A model generated the notes under the pieces. It did not search any database. It was not told the origin of the DNA and saw only the letters and a list, made by a program, of their open reading frames with translations. DNA of 53,038 bases from an uncultured Planctomycetota bacterium. GTDB taxonomy: Bacteria > Planctomycetota > GCA-002687715 > CAIWVZ01. The translations under genes and the position numbers were made by a program. Of the stretch, positions 19,820 to 28,982 are shown piece after piece; the stretch's first letter is position 1; the number at the start of each line of letters is the position of its first letter. The DNA lies in NCBI GenBank assembly GCA_903916245.1, contig CAIWVZ010000038.1, positions 1-53,038 of the forward strand. The letters run 5' to 3'.

Positions 19820-20806
19820 ATGTCGACGCGCTTCCTCGCCGCCGCCCTGCTCGCCGCGGGCGCCATCGCCGCTCAAACGCCCTACGTCTTCCACCCGGAC
19901 GACAACACGACGGCGTACACGGCCCCCATCAACAACTTCCCGTGGTACACGACCACCACGGGATACCGCGCTCAGACGATCTTCCCCGCTTCGGCACTGT
20001 TGAACGTCGCGGGCGACATCACGTCGATCGCTCCGTTCCTCGGCGTCTCCACCCCGGCCGGGACGGCGACGGTTACGTACACGGTGATTCAAGTCACGAT
20101 CGGTCGTGCGGCGTCCCCCACGCTGACCACGACCTTCGCGAACAACATCGTTCCCGGGACGGGCGTGCAGGTGTTGAATCTCACGAACCTCACCGTCAAC
20201 TCGCCGGTCAACGGGTGGTACGACATTCCGCTTCAGATCCCCTTCACCTACACGGGCGGGGATCTCGTGCTCGACGTCACCACGCAGGTTCCTTCCGCGG
20301 TCTACTTCTCATCGTCCGTCGGCGGTTCGACCGCCCCCGTCCCCCGTCTGACGGCGTCGGGTCTCGCGCCGGTGACGGGCAGCGTCTCGACGTCCGGAGG
20401 AACGAAGTACCGCCTCGGCTACAACCCGATCAACCGACTGATCGCGTCGACCATGGGCAACGGCGCGGGCGATCTCACGCTCGCCGTGCAGAATCTCGTC
20501 CCCAATGCGACGGAGGGCTTCCTCCTCATCTCGACCGACGCGACCCATCCGCTCGGGACCGGCCCGATGTTGGGGCTGTGGCCGGACGCCCTCACTTGGC
20601 AGATCGTGATGGAACCGTTGGCGCTCGGCAGCCCGTTCCATTTCCCCTGCAACACCGGGTTCGGGCTTTTCCCCGACCAGCCCCTCTCCGTCCCTGCGGG
20701 ATCGCTTTCGTTCCTCGCGGGGCAGTCGTGGGACTTCGGGTTCGCCGTCTTCGCGCCGGGGTTCAACTACCTCGGCCGATCCCCGGTCAACCGCGTCGTG
20801 TGGTGA
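19820..20806 (+). CDS. Secreted protein with conserved C-terminal domain
   Basis: GGAG RBS, signal peptide AIAA-Q; paralogous to 20934..22208. Confidence 0.85.
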   Translation: MSTRFLAAALLAAGAIAAQTPYVFHPDDNTTAYTAPINNFPWYTTTTGYRAQTIFPASALLNVAGDITSIAPFLGVSTPAGTATVTYTVIQVTIGRAASPTLTTTFANNIVPGTGVQVLNLTNLTVNSPVNGWYDIPLQIPFTYTGGDLVLDVTTQVPSAVYFSSSVGGSTAPVPRLTASGLAPVTGSVSTSGGTKYRLGYNPINRLIASTMGNGAGDLTLAVQNLVPNATEGFLLISTDATHPLGTGPMLGLWPDALTWQIVMEPLALGSPFHFPCNTGFGLFPDQPLSVPAGSLSFLAGQSWDFGFAVFAPGFNYLGRSPVNRVVW

Positions 20807-20842
20807 TCGACGCCGATCGCCTCCCCATGAAGGGGAAACAAG

Positions 20843-20877
20843 GCCCCGTCGCCTCGCGGCAGCGGGGCTTTTCCTTT
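20843..20877 (+). terminator. Putative rho-independent terminator
   Basis: GC hairpin gccccgtcgc-ctc-gcggcagcggggc (bulged) followed by ttttccttt. Confidence 0.55.
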
Positions 20878-20933
20878 ACTCTCGCAAACAGGCCGCCCGA
20901 CGGCGTGACCGCCTTCCCGATGGAGATCGCCCC

Positions 20934-22208
20934 ATGAAGACCCTCGCAATCGCCGCGCTCGTCATCACCGCGGCCGCCCACGCGCAGTTCTCCCAATCGC
21001 TCCCGAACGGTCTCCTGACCGCGGAGGGAAGTTCGTCGTCCTCGTATCCGTTCGCGACGGCGAATCCGAACTTTTGGCATTGGAACTACGACACGTCGAA
21101 CTTCGTCTCCACGGGGCCGATCCTCATCCACACCGTGTCGTTCCGTGCGAACGGCGGCGCGACCGCCAACGGCGGCACCCTGCCGATCGAACTCACGATG
21201 TGCTCGTCCTTGGTCGATTGGTCGACGACCGGAAGCACGACGTCCTACGCCGCCGTGATGGATACCGACGCCACCCTCGTCTTCTCGGGCAACGTCACGT
21301 TCCCGGCGGGGACGAACACGACGCCCGCGGCATGGATCCCGGTCACGCTTCAGACCCCGTTTCTCTACGATCCGACGCTCGGGAAAGACTTCATCCTTCA
21401 AATCAAATCCGCCGGTCCGAACGCGGCGGTCATGTCCGCGATCGATCTCCACTCCGGCGGCAGCGCTCAGCGCTACGGCAGCCAAACCAGCGCCACGCTC
21501 GCCGCGGCGAACTTCGCGAACACCAACATCGTCGGCGTCTGCAAGATCGACTACACGCCGCCCGCGGGGCTCTTCACGTCGTTTACCGCGACGCCCCTCG
21601 TCGGACGCGCACCGCTGACCGTCCAGTTCACGAACACGACGTGGACGAGCGATCCGAGTGGTGTGACGAGTTTCGCCTGGGACTTCGACGGTGATTCGAT
21701 CGTCGATTCCACACTCCCGAACCCCATCCACACGTACCTGACCCCCGGCCCGCAAACGGTCACGCTGACGACGACGGACACGATCCACTCGCCGAACACG
21801 CTGACACGCCCCAACCTGATCAACGTCCAGCAGTATCTGTTCTCGGCGGTGACGTCGGGGGGTGGTCTCGGCGACCTTATTCTCACGGGAGTTCCGGGTC
21901 TCGGTGCCCCGACGTCGACGGAAGGCTACACGTTCATCTCGTTCGCCATCCCGGCCGCCGTCGGCACGGGCCCCTTCTTCGGGTTGAGTCCGGATGCGGC
22001 GACTTGGTCGAGCTTCTCCTACGCCGCCGCTCCGGGATTCCCGTTGCACTACATCCGTGTTCCCGGTGTCTATCCGGAAGCACCGCTCGTCGCACCTCCG
22101 GGAACGTTTTCCGGGTTCACCGGCATCACGATCGATTTCGTCCAAGTCGGCGTCACGCCCGCGTTCGGACTCGCATTCGTGAGTAACGTGTCACGCGCGA
22201 CCTTCTGA
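20934..22208 (+). CDS. Secreted PKD-domain protein with conserved C-terminal domain
   Basis: Signal peptide AAHA-Q; PKD motif APLTVQF...WDFDGD...NPIHTY..PG..TVTLT. Confidence 0.88.
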   Translation: MKTLAIAALVITAAAHAQFSQSLPNGLLTAEGSSSSSYPFATANPNFWHWNYDTSNFVSTGPILIHTVSFRANGGATANGGTLPIELTMCSSLVDWSTTGSTTSYAAVMDTDATLVFSGNVTFPAGTNTTPAAWIPVTLQTPFLYDPTLGKDFILQIKSAGPNAAVMSAIDLHSGGSAQRYGSQTSATLAAANFANTNIVGVCKIDYTPPAGLFTSFTATPLVGRAPLTVQFTNTTWTSDPSGVTSFAWDFDGDSIVDSTLPNPIHTYLTPGPQTVTLTTTDTIHSPNTLTRPNLINVQQYLFSAVTSGGGLGDLILTGVPGLGAPTSTEGYTFISFAIPAAVGTGPFFGLSPDAATWSSFSYAAAPGFPLHYIRVPGVYPEAPLVAPPGTFSGFTGITIDFVQVGVTPAFGLAFVSNVSRATF

Positions 22209-22260
22209 AATCGCGGGTGCACGCGGTTGCCGTCGGCGCGGCGATCTGCCACCGTGCATC

Positions 22261-23610
22261 ATGCGATTTACCGATCTCGGGCTGCACGCGGACATCGTTC
22301 GGGGCATCAAGGACCTCGGCTATCAACGGCCGACGCCGATCCAGGAGTCCGCGATGCCCGCGGCCCTCGAGGGGAAAGATCTTCTCGCGTGCGCGGCGAC
22401 CGGCAGCGGCAAGACCGCCGCTTTCGTCGTTCCGATTCTCCAACGGCTGATCGCGAAGCCCCGGGCGGGGACCCGCGCTCTGATCCTGACGCCGACGCGC
22501 GAACTCGCGGCGCAAATCGCCGAGTCGATTTCCGAACTGGCCGTCCACACCCCGCTGTCGGGTGCCGCCATCTACGGGGGCGTGAGCATGGGCCCGCAGG
22601 AACACGCGCTGCGCACCGGCGTCGACATCATCGTCGCCACGCCGGGTCGTCTGCTCGATCACCTGCGTTTTCCCTACTGCAATTTCGAGCGTCTCGAAGT
22701 TCTCGTTCTCGACGAGGCCGATCGGATGCTCGACATGGGATTCCTCCCCGATATTCGTCGCATCCTGAAGCGCCTTCCGACGCGCCGTCAGACGTTGTTC
22801 TTCTCGGCCACCATGCCGCCGCCCATCGCCGAACTCTCGCGCGAAATGTTGCACGCGCCGACCATGATCGATCACGCGCGCCGCGCCGAACCGCCCGCGC
22901 TCATCGACCAACGCGCTTTCGCCGTCGACGGCACACGCAAGTCGGAGTTGCTCTACGACCTCATCACGAAGGGCGAGATCAAGGACGCGATCGTCTTCAC
23001 GCGAACCAAGGCCCGCACCAATCGACTCGCGGAGTTCCTCGAGAAGCGCGGAGTCGCCTGCGGCCGCCTCCACGGAAACCGTTCGCAACGTCAACGTGAA
23101 ACCGCCCTCGATCAGTTCAAATCGGGGAAGACCCGCATCCTCGTCGCCACCGACATCGCGGCGCGCGGAATCGACGTGCAACAACTCGGGCACGTGGTCA
23201 ACTTCGACGTTCCCCACGTCCCCGAAGACTACATCCATCGCGTAGGACGTACGGGTCGCGCGGGATCCGCGGGCGAAGCCATCACCTTCGTGTCTCCCGA
23301 AGAAGAGAAGGACTTTCGGGCCATCGAGCGCGCCATCGACCGCGTCGTCGAACGCATCCGGCACCTCGACTACACCCGTCCCTCGGCCGACGCGACGAAG
23401 CGTCCGCCCGCACGCGGCCCTCAACAAGCACCGCAACGCGCCCCGGCACGCGGCCCGCAGAGCGCGGCGCCCCGAGCGCCTGCGCGAAAGCCCGCCGAAA
23501 GCCCGCGCCCGTTCTTCCACAAGGGAGTTTCGGAGCGTCCGACGGGTCGTGCCGTGACGCGAACCCATGGACGTTCGGGCGGCGGCCCGCGGCGTCGGCG
23601 TTCGCGCTGA
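22261..23610 (+). CDS. DEAD-box ATP-dependent RNA helicase (RhlE-like)
   Basis: Q motif, ATGSGKT, PTRELA, TPGRL, DEAD, SAT, ARGID, HRVGRTGR; basic tail. Confidence 0.96.
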   Translation: MRFTDLGLHADIVRGIKDLGYQRPTPIQESAMPAALEGKDLLACAATGSGKTAAFVVPILQRLIAKPRAGTRALILTPTRELAAQIAESISELAVHTPLSGAAIYGGVSMGPQEHALRTGVDIIVATPGRLLDHLRFPYCNFERLEVLVLDEADRMLDMGFLPDIRRILKRLPTRRQTLFFSATMPPPIAELSREMLHAPTMIDHARRAEPPALIDQRAFAVDGTRKSELLYDLITKGEIKDAIVFTRTKARTNRLAEFLEKRGVACGRLHGNRSQRQRETALDQFKSGKTRILVATDIAARGIDVQQLGHVVNFDVPHVPEDYIHRVGRTGRAGSAGEAITFVSPEEEKDFRAIERAIDRVVERIRHLDYTRPSADATKRPPARGPQQAPQRAPARGPQSAAPRAPARKPAESPRPFFHKGVSERPTGRAVTRTHGRSGGGPRRRRSR

Positions 23611-23620
23611 CGCCGAACGA

Positions 23621-24598
23621 TCAGTTCGCTCCGACCCGCTCCGTCGTCGTCGACACCGAAACGTCGTCGCGCGTCGGAGCGACCTTCATCGCCCGACCGG
23701 GTTCGGCCAGTAGATTGACGTAGTCGTCGCGCTGCGTGAAGCGTTTCATGAATGCGTCGACGTCCCCCAACGGCCGGGCTTCTCCCGTCGATTCGTCGAC
23801 GATCGACAATCCGTATCCCAGATGTTCGAAGAGTCGGAGCACGTCCTCCGGTACGTCCCCCGCGGCACGGATCCACGCGGGCATGAATTCGAGCAACACG
23901 GTCGGCTGGTCGTGGCGCAACGTTCCGAGCATCCCGCGCAACGCCTTCGCTTCCCAACCTTCGATATCGATCTTCACCAGCGTCACCCGACCGATGCCCG
24001 ACCGCTCGACGATGGCGTCGACGGGCAACACCGGGACCGTCTCGACACCCTCGGATCCCTTGAACCCGACGAGAGAGTGCTGGCCCTTGTTGTTCGGATC
24101 GAGGTGTAGGTCCGCGGATCCGACGGTTGCGCCGACGGCGGCCCGAACGACGGACACGTTGGCGAATCCGTTCATTTTGACCGACGCGTCCAACAACGTC
24201 GCGTTCTCGGTGTTGGGTTCAACGCTGACGACACGGCCGCGTGTCGCGCCGCCCGCCGCCACCACCGAGTAGAGCCCGATGTTCGCGCCGATATCGAGGA
24301 CGCGCGATTCGGGCCGCAGGAGGCGACGCCAGCACGCGAGTGACCCGGTTTCATAACTGTTCAGCGCGAGAGCCCCCGAGACCACGGGATCGTCTCGGTT
24401 CAGAATCAGCACCCCTTCGGGCAATGAAACGCTCGAAGGAATAATCCGCCGCAAGATGAAATGCGCGGCGGCACGCATGGGCCGCGGCTTGAGGATGGTC
24501 TTGTAGATGACCATGGGTGCGGTCGCGGGAAGCACCGAAAGCACGCGGGACACGATTCCCCGCAACACCGATCCGAACGTCGTCGTCGCACCCGCCAT
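23621..24598 (-). CDS. FkbM-family SAM methyltransferase
   Basis: LDIGANIGLYS, VEP, KIDIEGWE; start uncertain. Confidence 0.9.
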   Translation of the reverse strand: MAGATTTFGSVLRGIVSRVLSVLPATAPMVIYKTILKPRPMRAAAHFILRRIIPSSVSLPEGVLILNRDDPVVSGALALNSYETGSLACWRRLLRPESRVLDIGANIGLYSVVAAGGATRGRVVSVEPNTENATLLDASVKMNGFANVSVVRAAVGATVGSADLHLDPNNKGQHSLVGFKGSEGVETVPVLPVDAIVERSGIGRVTLVKIDIEGWEAKALRGMLGTLRHDQPTVLLEFMPAWIRAAGDVPEDVLRLFEHLGYGLSIVDESTGEARPLGDVDAFMKRFTQRDDYVNLLAEPGRAMKVAPTRDDVSVSTTTERVGAN

Positions 24599-24671
24599 AA
24601 CCACCGCCTTGCCGCACGCCGTGCGGCAAGGTTCTCATCGGTCGATTCGGCGAAGGGCGTTTAGGTTCCGA

Positions 24672-26294
24672 TCAAAGCACCGTAATCGTCAACGGCGGCG
24701 AAATGTTTCCCACACCGGTCGGATTGGAGGCGTCGACGACGACGAGAGCCGCGTGAAAGACGATCCCGGCGAGCGACGGCACCGCGGGAATCGCGATGAA
24801 CCCTTGCGCCAGTCCCGCGGAATCCAAGGTCCCGACGTTGCCGACGAAAACTCCGTTGCCGGGCGACAAAGAGAGTTGCAGGAGAAAGTCGTAGTTGAGC
24901 GGAATCACCCGAGCGTCGGCGAGCGGAATCCCGGGTTGTGTCCCCGCCGCGAAACCGACGACGAAAGGAAGGTTCGCGTCGGAGGGACTGGAGCAATTGA
25001 ACGTCGCCAACGACCCGACCGTCGCCGGCGTCGCCAACGCGACGTTCGCCCCGCCCGCGGCTCCGATGCGCTGGAACATGTAGGCGTAGGGACCGGGTGC
25101 GGCGCCGTCACGCCACGTGACGTCGATCATGCCGCCCGTCCGGTTCGAGACCGGATACAGGGTGCCCCGGATCGCGGGAAGGTAATAGGCGTGACTCGCC
25201 GTCGTCGCGGGGCGCAAATCCAACACCGGTGTGAAGGTCGCGTCGCCGAGGTTCTTCTCCGCAAGTCGCAACGGACCGCCCGCGGAGAGATCGCGGTAGA
25301 CGGTCGAGCATTTCCCCGTCGTTTCGTCGGCGGCGATCGAGAAGATGAAGTAGTTGGCGATGTTGGTGTACTGCGCGGACGTCGCGGAGAAGAGCGGGGT
25401 CGACGGCGACCAAACGCCGTTCGGGTCGCGACGCAGGTAATTGAATCCCCATGTCGAACCCGCGGCCGCGTCGACGACGACGATGGCATGGACGTATCCG
25501 AGGTCGTCGGCCGCGAGCATTCCGTAATAGTCGTTGGTGGGCGTCGTGTTCCCGAGGATGGTGGTCGTCGTCGCCCACCCCGATGCGGGGTTGTAGACGC
25601 GGTGTTCGATATTTCCGGAACCGACTCCTCGGTAGAAGGCGGCGTGGATCTGTCCGGCGGCGTCGACCGTGATGCGGGTGTTTTGCGCACTTCCCGACGG
25701 GCTGATCGCGCCGACGTCCGTGAACGTATTCCCGGCGGCCGATGGAGCGGTGCTCTTCAAGAGTTTCTCCACCCACGACGTGGCCCCGTGCGCAACCAAC
25801 CAAATCGTGTCCGACGCGTCCGCGATGACGTCGAGTGCCGCCGTGCGTGACGTGACCGCGGCCCCGGTCACGCTTCCCACGATAAGCGTTGGCGAGACGA
25901 CGTTGGTCGTCGGGTCGTAGTTCCGGTAGTACTGCTGGTAGTAGGACGGGTAGTAGTACCGTCCCCACGTCGCGTGAAGTTTTCCGGTTCCATCGACGCA
26001 CAGCGCGCAGACGTTGACGAGATTCGTTCCATTCAAACCCGAGGCCGCATCGTTGAAGACGACGGTGCTCGAAGTCCACGTCGCCCCGCCGTCGAGGCTC
26101 GATTGAAGAACGAGGGGCCGGTCGCCCCCCGCGACGTCGACCATCGAAAGCGTCCACAACCGCCCGGATCCATCCCGAACCAAGTTCCGGGCGTTGTATC
26201 CGGTTCCCGCCGTCGTCGATTGTTGAAGGATGGCCTGCGCCGCGACGGGCAGGGCCATGAATACGACGACCGCGACAACAGTGCGCAACGACAT
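24672..26294 (-). CDS. Secreted BNR/Asp-box-type propeller protein with conserved C-terminal domain
   Basis: Signal peptide PVAA-Q; SLDGGATW Asp-box; repeated D..G..H blades. Confidence 0.85.
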   Translation of the reverse strand: MSLRTVVAVVVFMALPVAAQAILQQSTTAGTGYNARNLVRDGSGRLWTLSMVDVAGGDRPLVLQSSLDGGATWTSSTVVFNDAASGLNGTNLVNVCALCVDGTGKLHATWGRYYYPSYYQQYYRNYDPTTNVVSPTLIVGSVTGAAVTSRTAALDVIADASDTIWLVAHGATSWVEKLLKSTAPSAAGNTFTDVGAISPSGSAQNTRITVDAAGQIHAAFYRGVGSGNIEHRVYNPASGWATTTTILGNTTPTNDYYGMLAADDLGYVHAIVVVDAAAGSTWGFNYLRRDPNGVWSPSTPLFSATSAQYTNIANYFIFSIAADETTGKCSTVYRDLSAGGPLRLAEKNLGDATFTPVLDLRPATTASHAYYLPAIRGTLYPVSNRTGGMIDVTWRDGAAPGPYAYMFQRIGAAGGANVALATPATVGSLATFNCSSPSDANLPFVVGFAAGTQPGIPLADARVIPLNYDFLLQLSLSPGNGVFVGNVGTLDSAGLAQGFIAIPAVPSLAGIVFHAALVVVDASNPTGVGNISPPLTITVL

Positions 26295-26432
26295 GGGGAA
26301 TCTCCTCGTCCGCGTTCCGATACTCGTTCCGACGCCGACGGCGCGAAACGGTGCGTCGACGATCCTAGTCCCGCACTCGCCCGACTGCCAACTCGCCCAC
26401 CGTGATTTCGGAGCGTCCCGTCCCGACCCGGT

Positions 26433-27377
26433 TCATTCGGAATCGAGGGCCCCGTCGACGGGCGCCGATCGGCGGACCACCGCGACGTCTTGCCACCCAC
26501 GCAATCCCCCGACCGCGTAGTCGACCACTTCCAAAGATGCGCGCCGGCATGCCTCTTCGAAACAATCCTTCGAAACGTAGGTCAGTCCATAATCGTCGCC
26601 GGCTCGTGCCGCGTCGAGTTCTTCCCTTCCATAAGGACGATAAACGAAGCGCCGATCGCCGAGTTCGTCCGCCAACGTGTTCGCCTCTTCGGATGAGAAC
26701 TTGAAGTAACGCTGCAGGACGGCGTTCGTGGCGACGTACCGGAGAGACCACTCACCGTGAAGCGTCACGATGCCGACTCCTCGCGACGCAAGCGCGCCCG
26801 CCACCTTCATCAACCAGGCATCGAAGCAGGACGACGAAAGGTGGGTGAACACCGAGACGGCGAGAACACACTCGTAGCCCCGACCGATGTCCGCCACCTC
26901 GGCATCGGACGGAATACGAAACGACCTCAATTCGGGAAGGTGTTCGCCGCACCACGCGACATGGTCGGGATTCGTATCCGCGAGCGCGACGCGTAGACTC
27001 GATGCGTTCATCAAGTGTCGGCTCACACGACCGCAGCCCCCTCCGAGATCGAGCAATCGACGAGGCTCGTCACGATGCACGAGTGGTACGTACCTTCCGA
27101 GGATCTCGATCACCATGCGTGCGTCGACGAGTCCGGTCCAAAGAAACATGGCCGGGTCCACGTCCGCCACGATGCTGCGCAGAGCGTCCGGAGGGATCGG
27201 CGGGATCGCGTCCGCCTCGCACGCCTCGGCAAGGGGGGCGACCGCACCCCACATCTCTTCGAGCCGACACCCCAAGATGAGTTTGGCGATCTTCCATCCG
27301 GGATCGGCACCGCACTTCGATTCCATGAGGCGCCGGGACGACTCCGACAAGAGACTCTCGATCGGTTGGGGTTCCAT
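26433..27377 (-). CDS. Class I SAM-dependent methyltransferase
   Basis: LLDLGGGCGRV, SVFTHL motifs. Confidence 0.85.
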   Translation of the reverse strand: MEPQPIESLLSESSRRLMESKCGADPGWKIAKLILGCRLEEMWGAVAPLAEACEADAIPPIPPDALRSIVADVDPAMFLWTGLVDARMVIEILGRYVPLVHRDEPRRLLDLGGGCGRVSRHLMNASSLRVALADTNPDHVAWCGEHLPELRSFRIPSDAEVADIGRGYECVLAVSVFTHLSSSCFDAWLMKVAGALASRGVGIVTLHGEWSLRYVATNAVLQRYFKFSSEEANTLADELGDRRFVYRPYGREELDAARAGDDYGLTYVSKDCFEEACRRASLEVVDYAVGGLRGWQDVAVVRRSAPVDGALDSE

Positions 27378-27535
27378 ACGCGCAAGTCTCGGGCGACGGG
27401 GTCGACGATCAACGTGTTTCGATCTTTTCGAACAAAGCGGGCGTGACTTATGGATCTCAAACCGTTCAAAAAGGCACGACGCCGACGGGCACGAACTTCG
27501 CCGGGATCCGCCCCCGCGCTCCGAATAGACGCACC

Positions 27536-27670
27536 CTGCACGACGGAGCGGAGCGGAACCACCAAAGCATCGACGACACCATCATCGCCCCGAATGGTGA
27601 GGTTGGTACGGCTGCACGAAAGCTGCGCTGCCGTCAGCGCCTCGGTGGGATGTTCAAGCACGACTCCGCG
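27536..27670 (+). pseudogene. C-terminal remnant of an integrase-core (rve-type) IS transposase
   Basis: ERNHQSIDDTII...EVG...LRCRQRLGGMFKH resembles the ERNHQG...CRERLGGLL tail of such transposases; rest absent. Confidence 0.6.
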
Positions 27671-28431
27671 TCGCGACCTGAGCAGCCACCAAGCCGTTCA
27701 TTGACAATCTGAGACACGTCGGACGAAGAGCCACGGCGAAGATCTGTCCCGTGTGGTGCAAAACCTCATCCGAGCCCCCACGTTCCTGCATATTTCACGT
27801 GGTTCTCGCTTCAGAGCGCCGGACGACGAGCCCGAGGCCAGCGAGGCTCTCAGTCTAGACCCGCGGTCGACGTCGGGACATTTCTGGTCGTGGTGTGGAG
27901 CGTCGGTCCTGTTCTGGCCGTGGCCGTGATGGTCGTCGCTTGACTTGCTGCAAACGTGCCGACGCCCCCCGATGACGGAGGACGTGCCGCCTGCCAGCCA
28001 TGGCGCGAAGGATGACACCATCTCGGCCTGATGCGATCCCAATGGGCCCCGCCGTCACACCCGATGGCGCGATCCAAGCGGGCGGCTCGCCAGATCGGCA
28101 AGGCCTCGCAAGTCTGGACCTTCTCGATCGATTCCAGCACCGAGCAGTCCGTAGCCCCCGGCCGGGGCATGGGCACCAGGGCCGCCAGAGTTCGGTAGGC
28201 ATCCGGAGGCTGGCGCCGGACCACCAAGGGCGCCGTTTGCCGTCGACATCCGTTACTCCGCAGCGGGGGGCTCTCTCGTGCTCGGCCTGCTAGCGCGTGA
28301 CGCCGCTACGCATGCCCCCGCCATGACGCCCACCCGGAGGCAGCGAGACTACCGATCTGGAATCGGAGACGACCACGTGGCCCATTCCACCCTTCAAGCC
28401 TGAACCTGCGGGCGCGGATGAGCGATCGCAC

Positions 28432-28605
28432 CACACGGGAGAGGCCGTGGTGACGTTCTTCGGACTGCCGCGCGTCAGTATTGGCGGAATTGACGGCGCA
28501 CTAAAGTCATCGTCCTCTTCTGACTTGATGGCGGGGGCACGACACCTCGTCTCAAAGAGAACCGTTTGGGTCGTTACCGCGGCGAACCGCAAACTCCGCG
28601 GTTAG
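28432..28605 (+). pseudogene. Recombinase C-terminal stub (distal copy)
   Basis: HTGEAVVTFFGLPRV...SSSSDLMAGARHLVSKRTVWV...RG*, homologous to the stubs at 33 kb and 39.2 kb. Confidence 0.75.
28511..28573 (+). repeat. att junction; contains cttgatggcgggggca (28524-28539), identical to the tRNA-fMet 3' end plus flank
   Basis: 58/63 identical to 33101-33163; 16/16 identical to 39300-39315. Confidence 0.9.
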
Positions 28606-28685
28606 AACTTGACTCTTCAATTCGAGCACACTTGAACGTTACGAACTGCACCGGACGGGATGGGCATTGTTCGGCACACGGAATC

Positions 28686-28982
28686 CTATGGCTCAATCAC
28701 CTCCCAAGCATCGAGGGGAACGAGGTAGAACTTCAACGCGTATGCCTTTGCCGAATCGACCGAGTCCATCCAGTAATCCGCGATCCGATGATTCATAGCC
28801 CACGGACTCGACCCAGAGTCAGCCCGGTAGTACCACAGGAGGCACCCACCCCCGTCCGTACTACTCTCGATCTGAAGGCCTGACGGCAGATGTGGGTCAC
28901 TCTCAGCGAAAGGGACTCTCGATAACACGGCGTTTACATTGACGCATGCCCGAAGCTTCATTGTGGCGGTCTCCAAACTCAC
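28686..28982 (-). CDS. Putative immunity protein for the RHS toxin
   Basis: 98 aa, GTGA-coupled to RHS stop; C-terminal DYW..S...A...A...Y.V....W pattern. Confidence 0.7.
   Translation of the reverse strand: MSLETATMKLRACVNVNAVLSRVPFAESDPHLPSGLQIESSTDGGGCLLWYYRADSGSSPWAMNHRIADYWMDSVDSAKAYALKFYLVPLDAWEVIEP

Noticed and set aside
23400-23500. Short imperfect repeat encoding PARGPQ twice in the helicase tail
   Set aside because: Ordinary low-complexity basic tail of DEAD-box helicases.
27850-28227. Possible transposase remnant on minus strand
   Set aside because: Only vague resemblance; no diagnostic motif or terminal repeats.
28576-28602. accgcgg...ccgcggt inverted repeat after the distal att
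   Set aside because: 7-bp arms, long loop, no U-tract and not conserved at the other junction.
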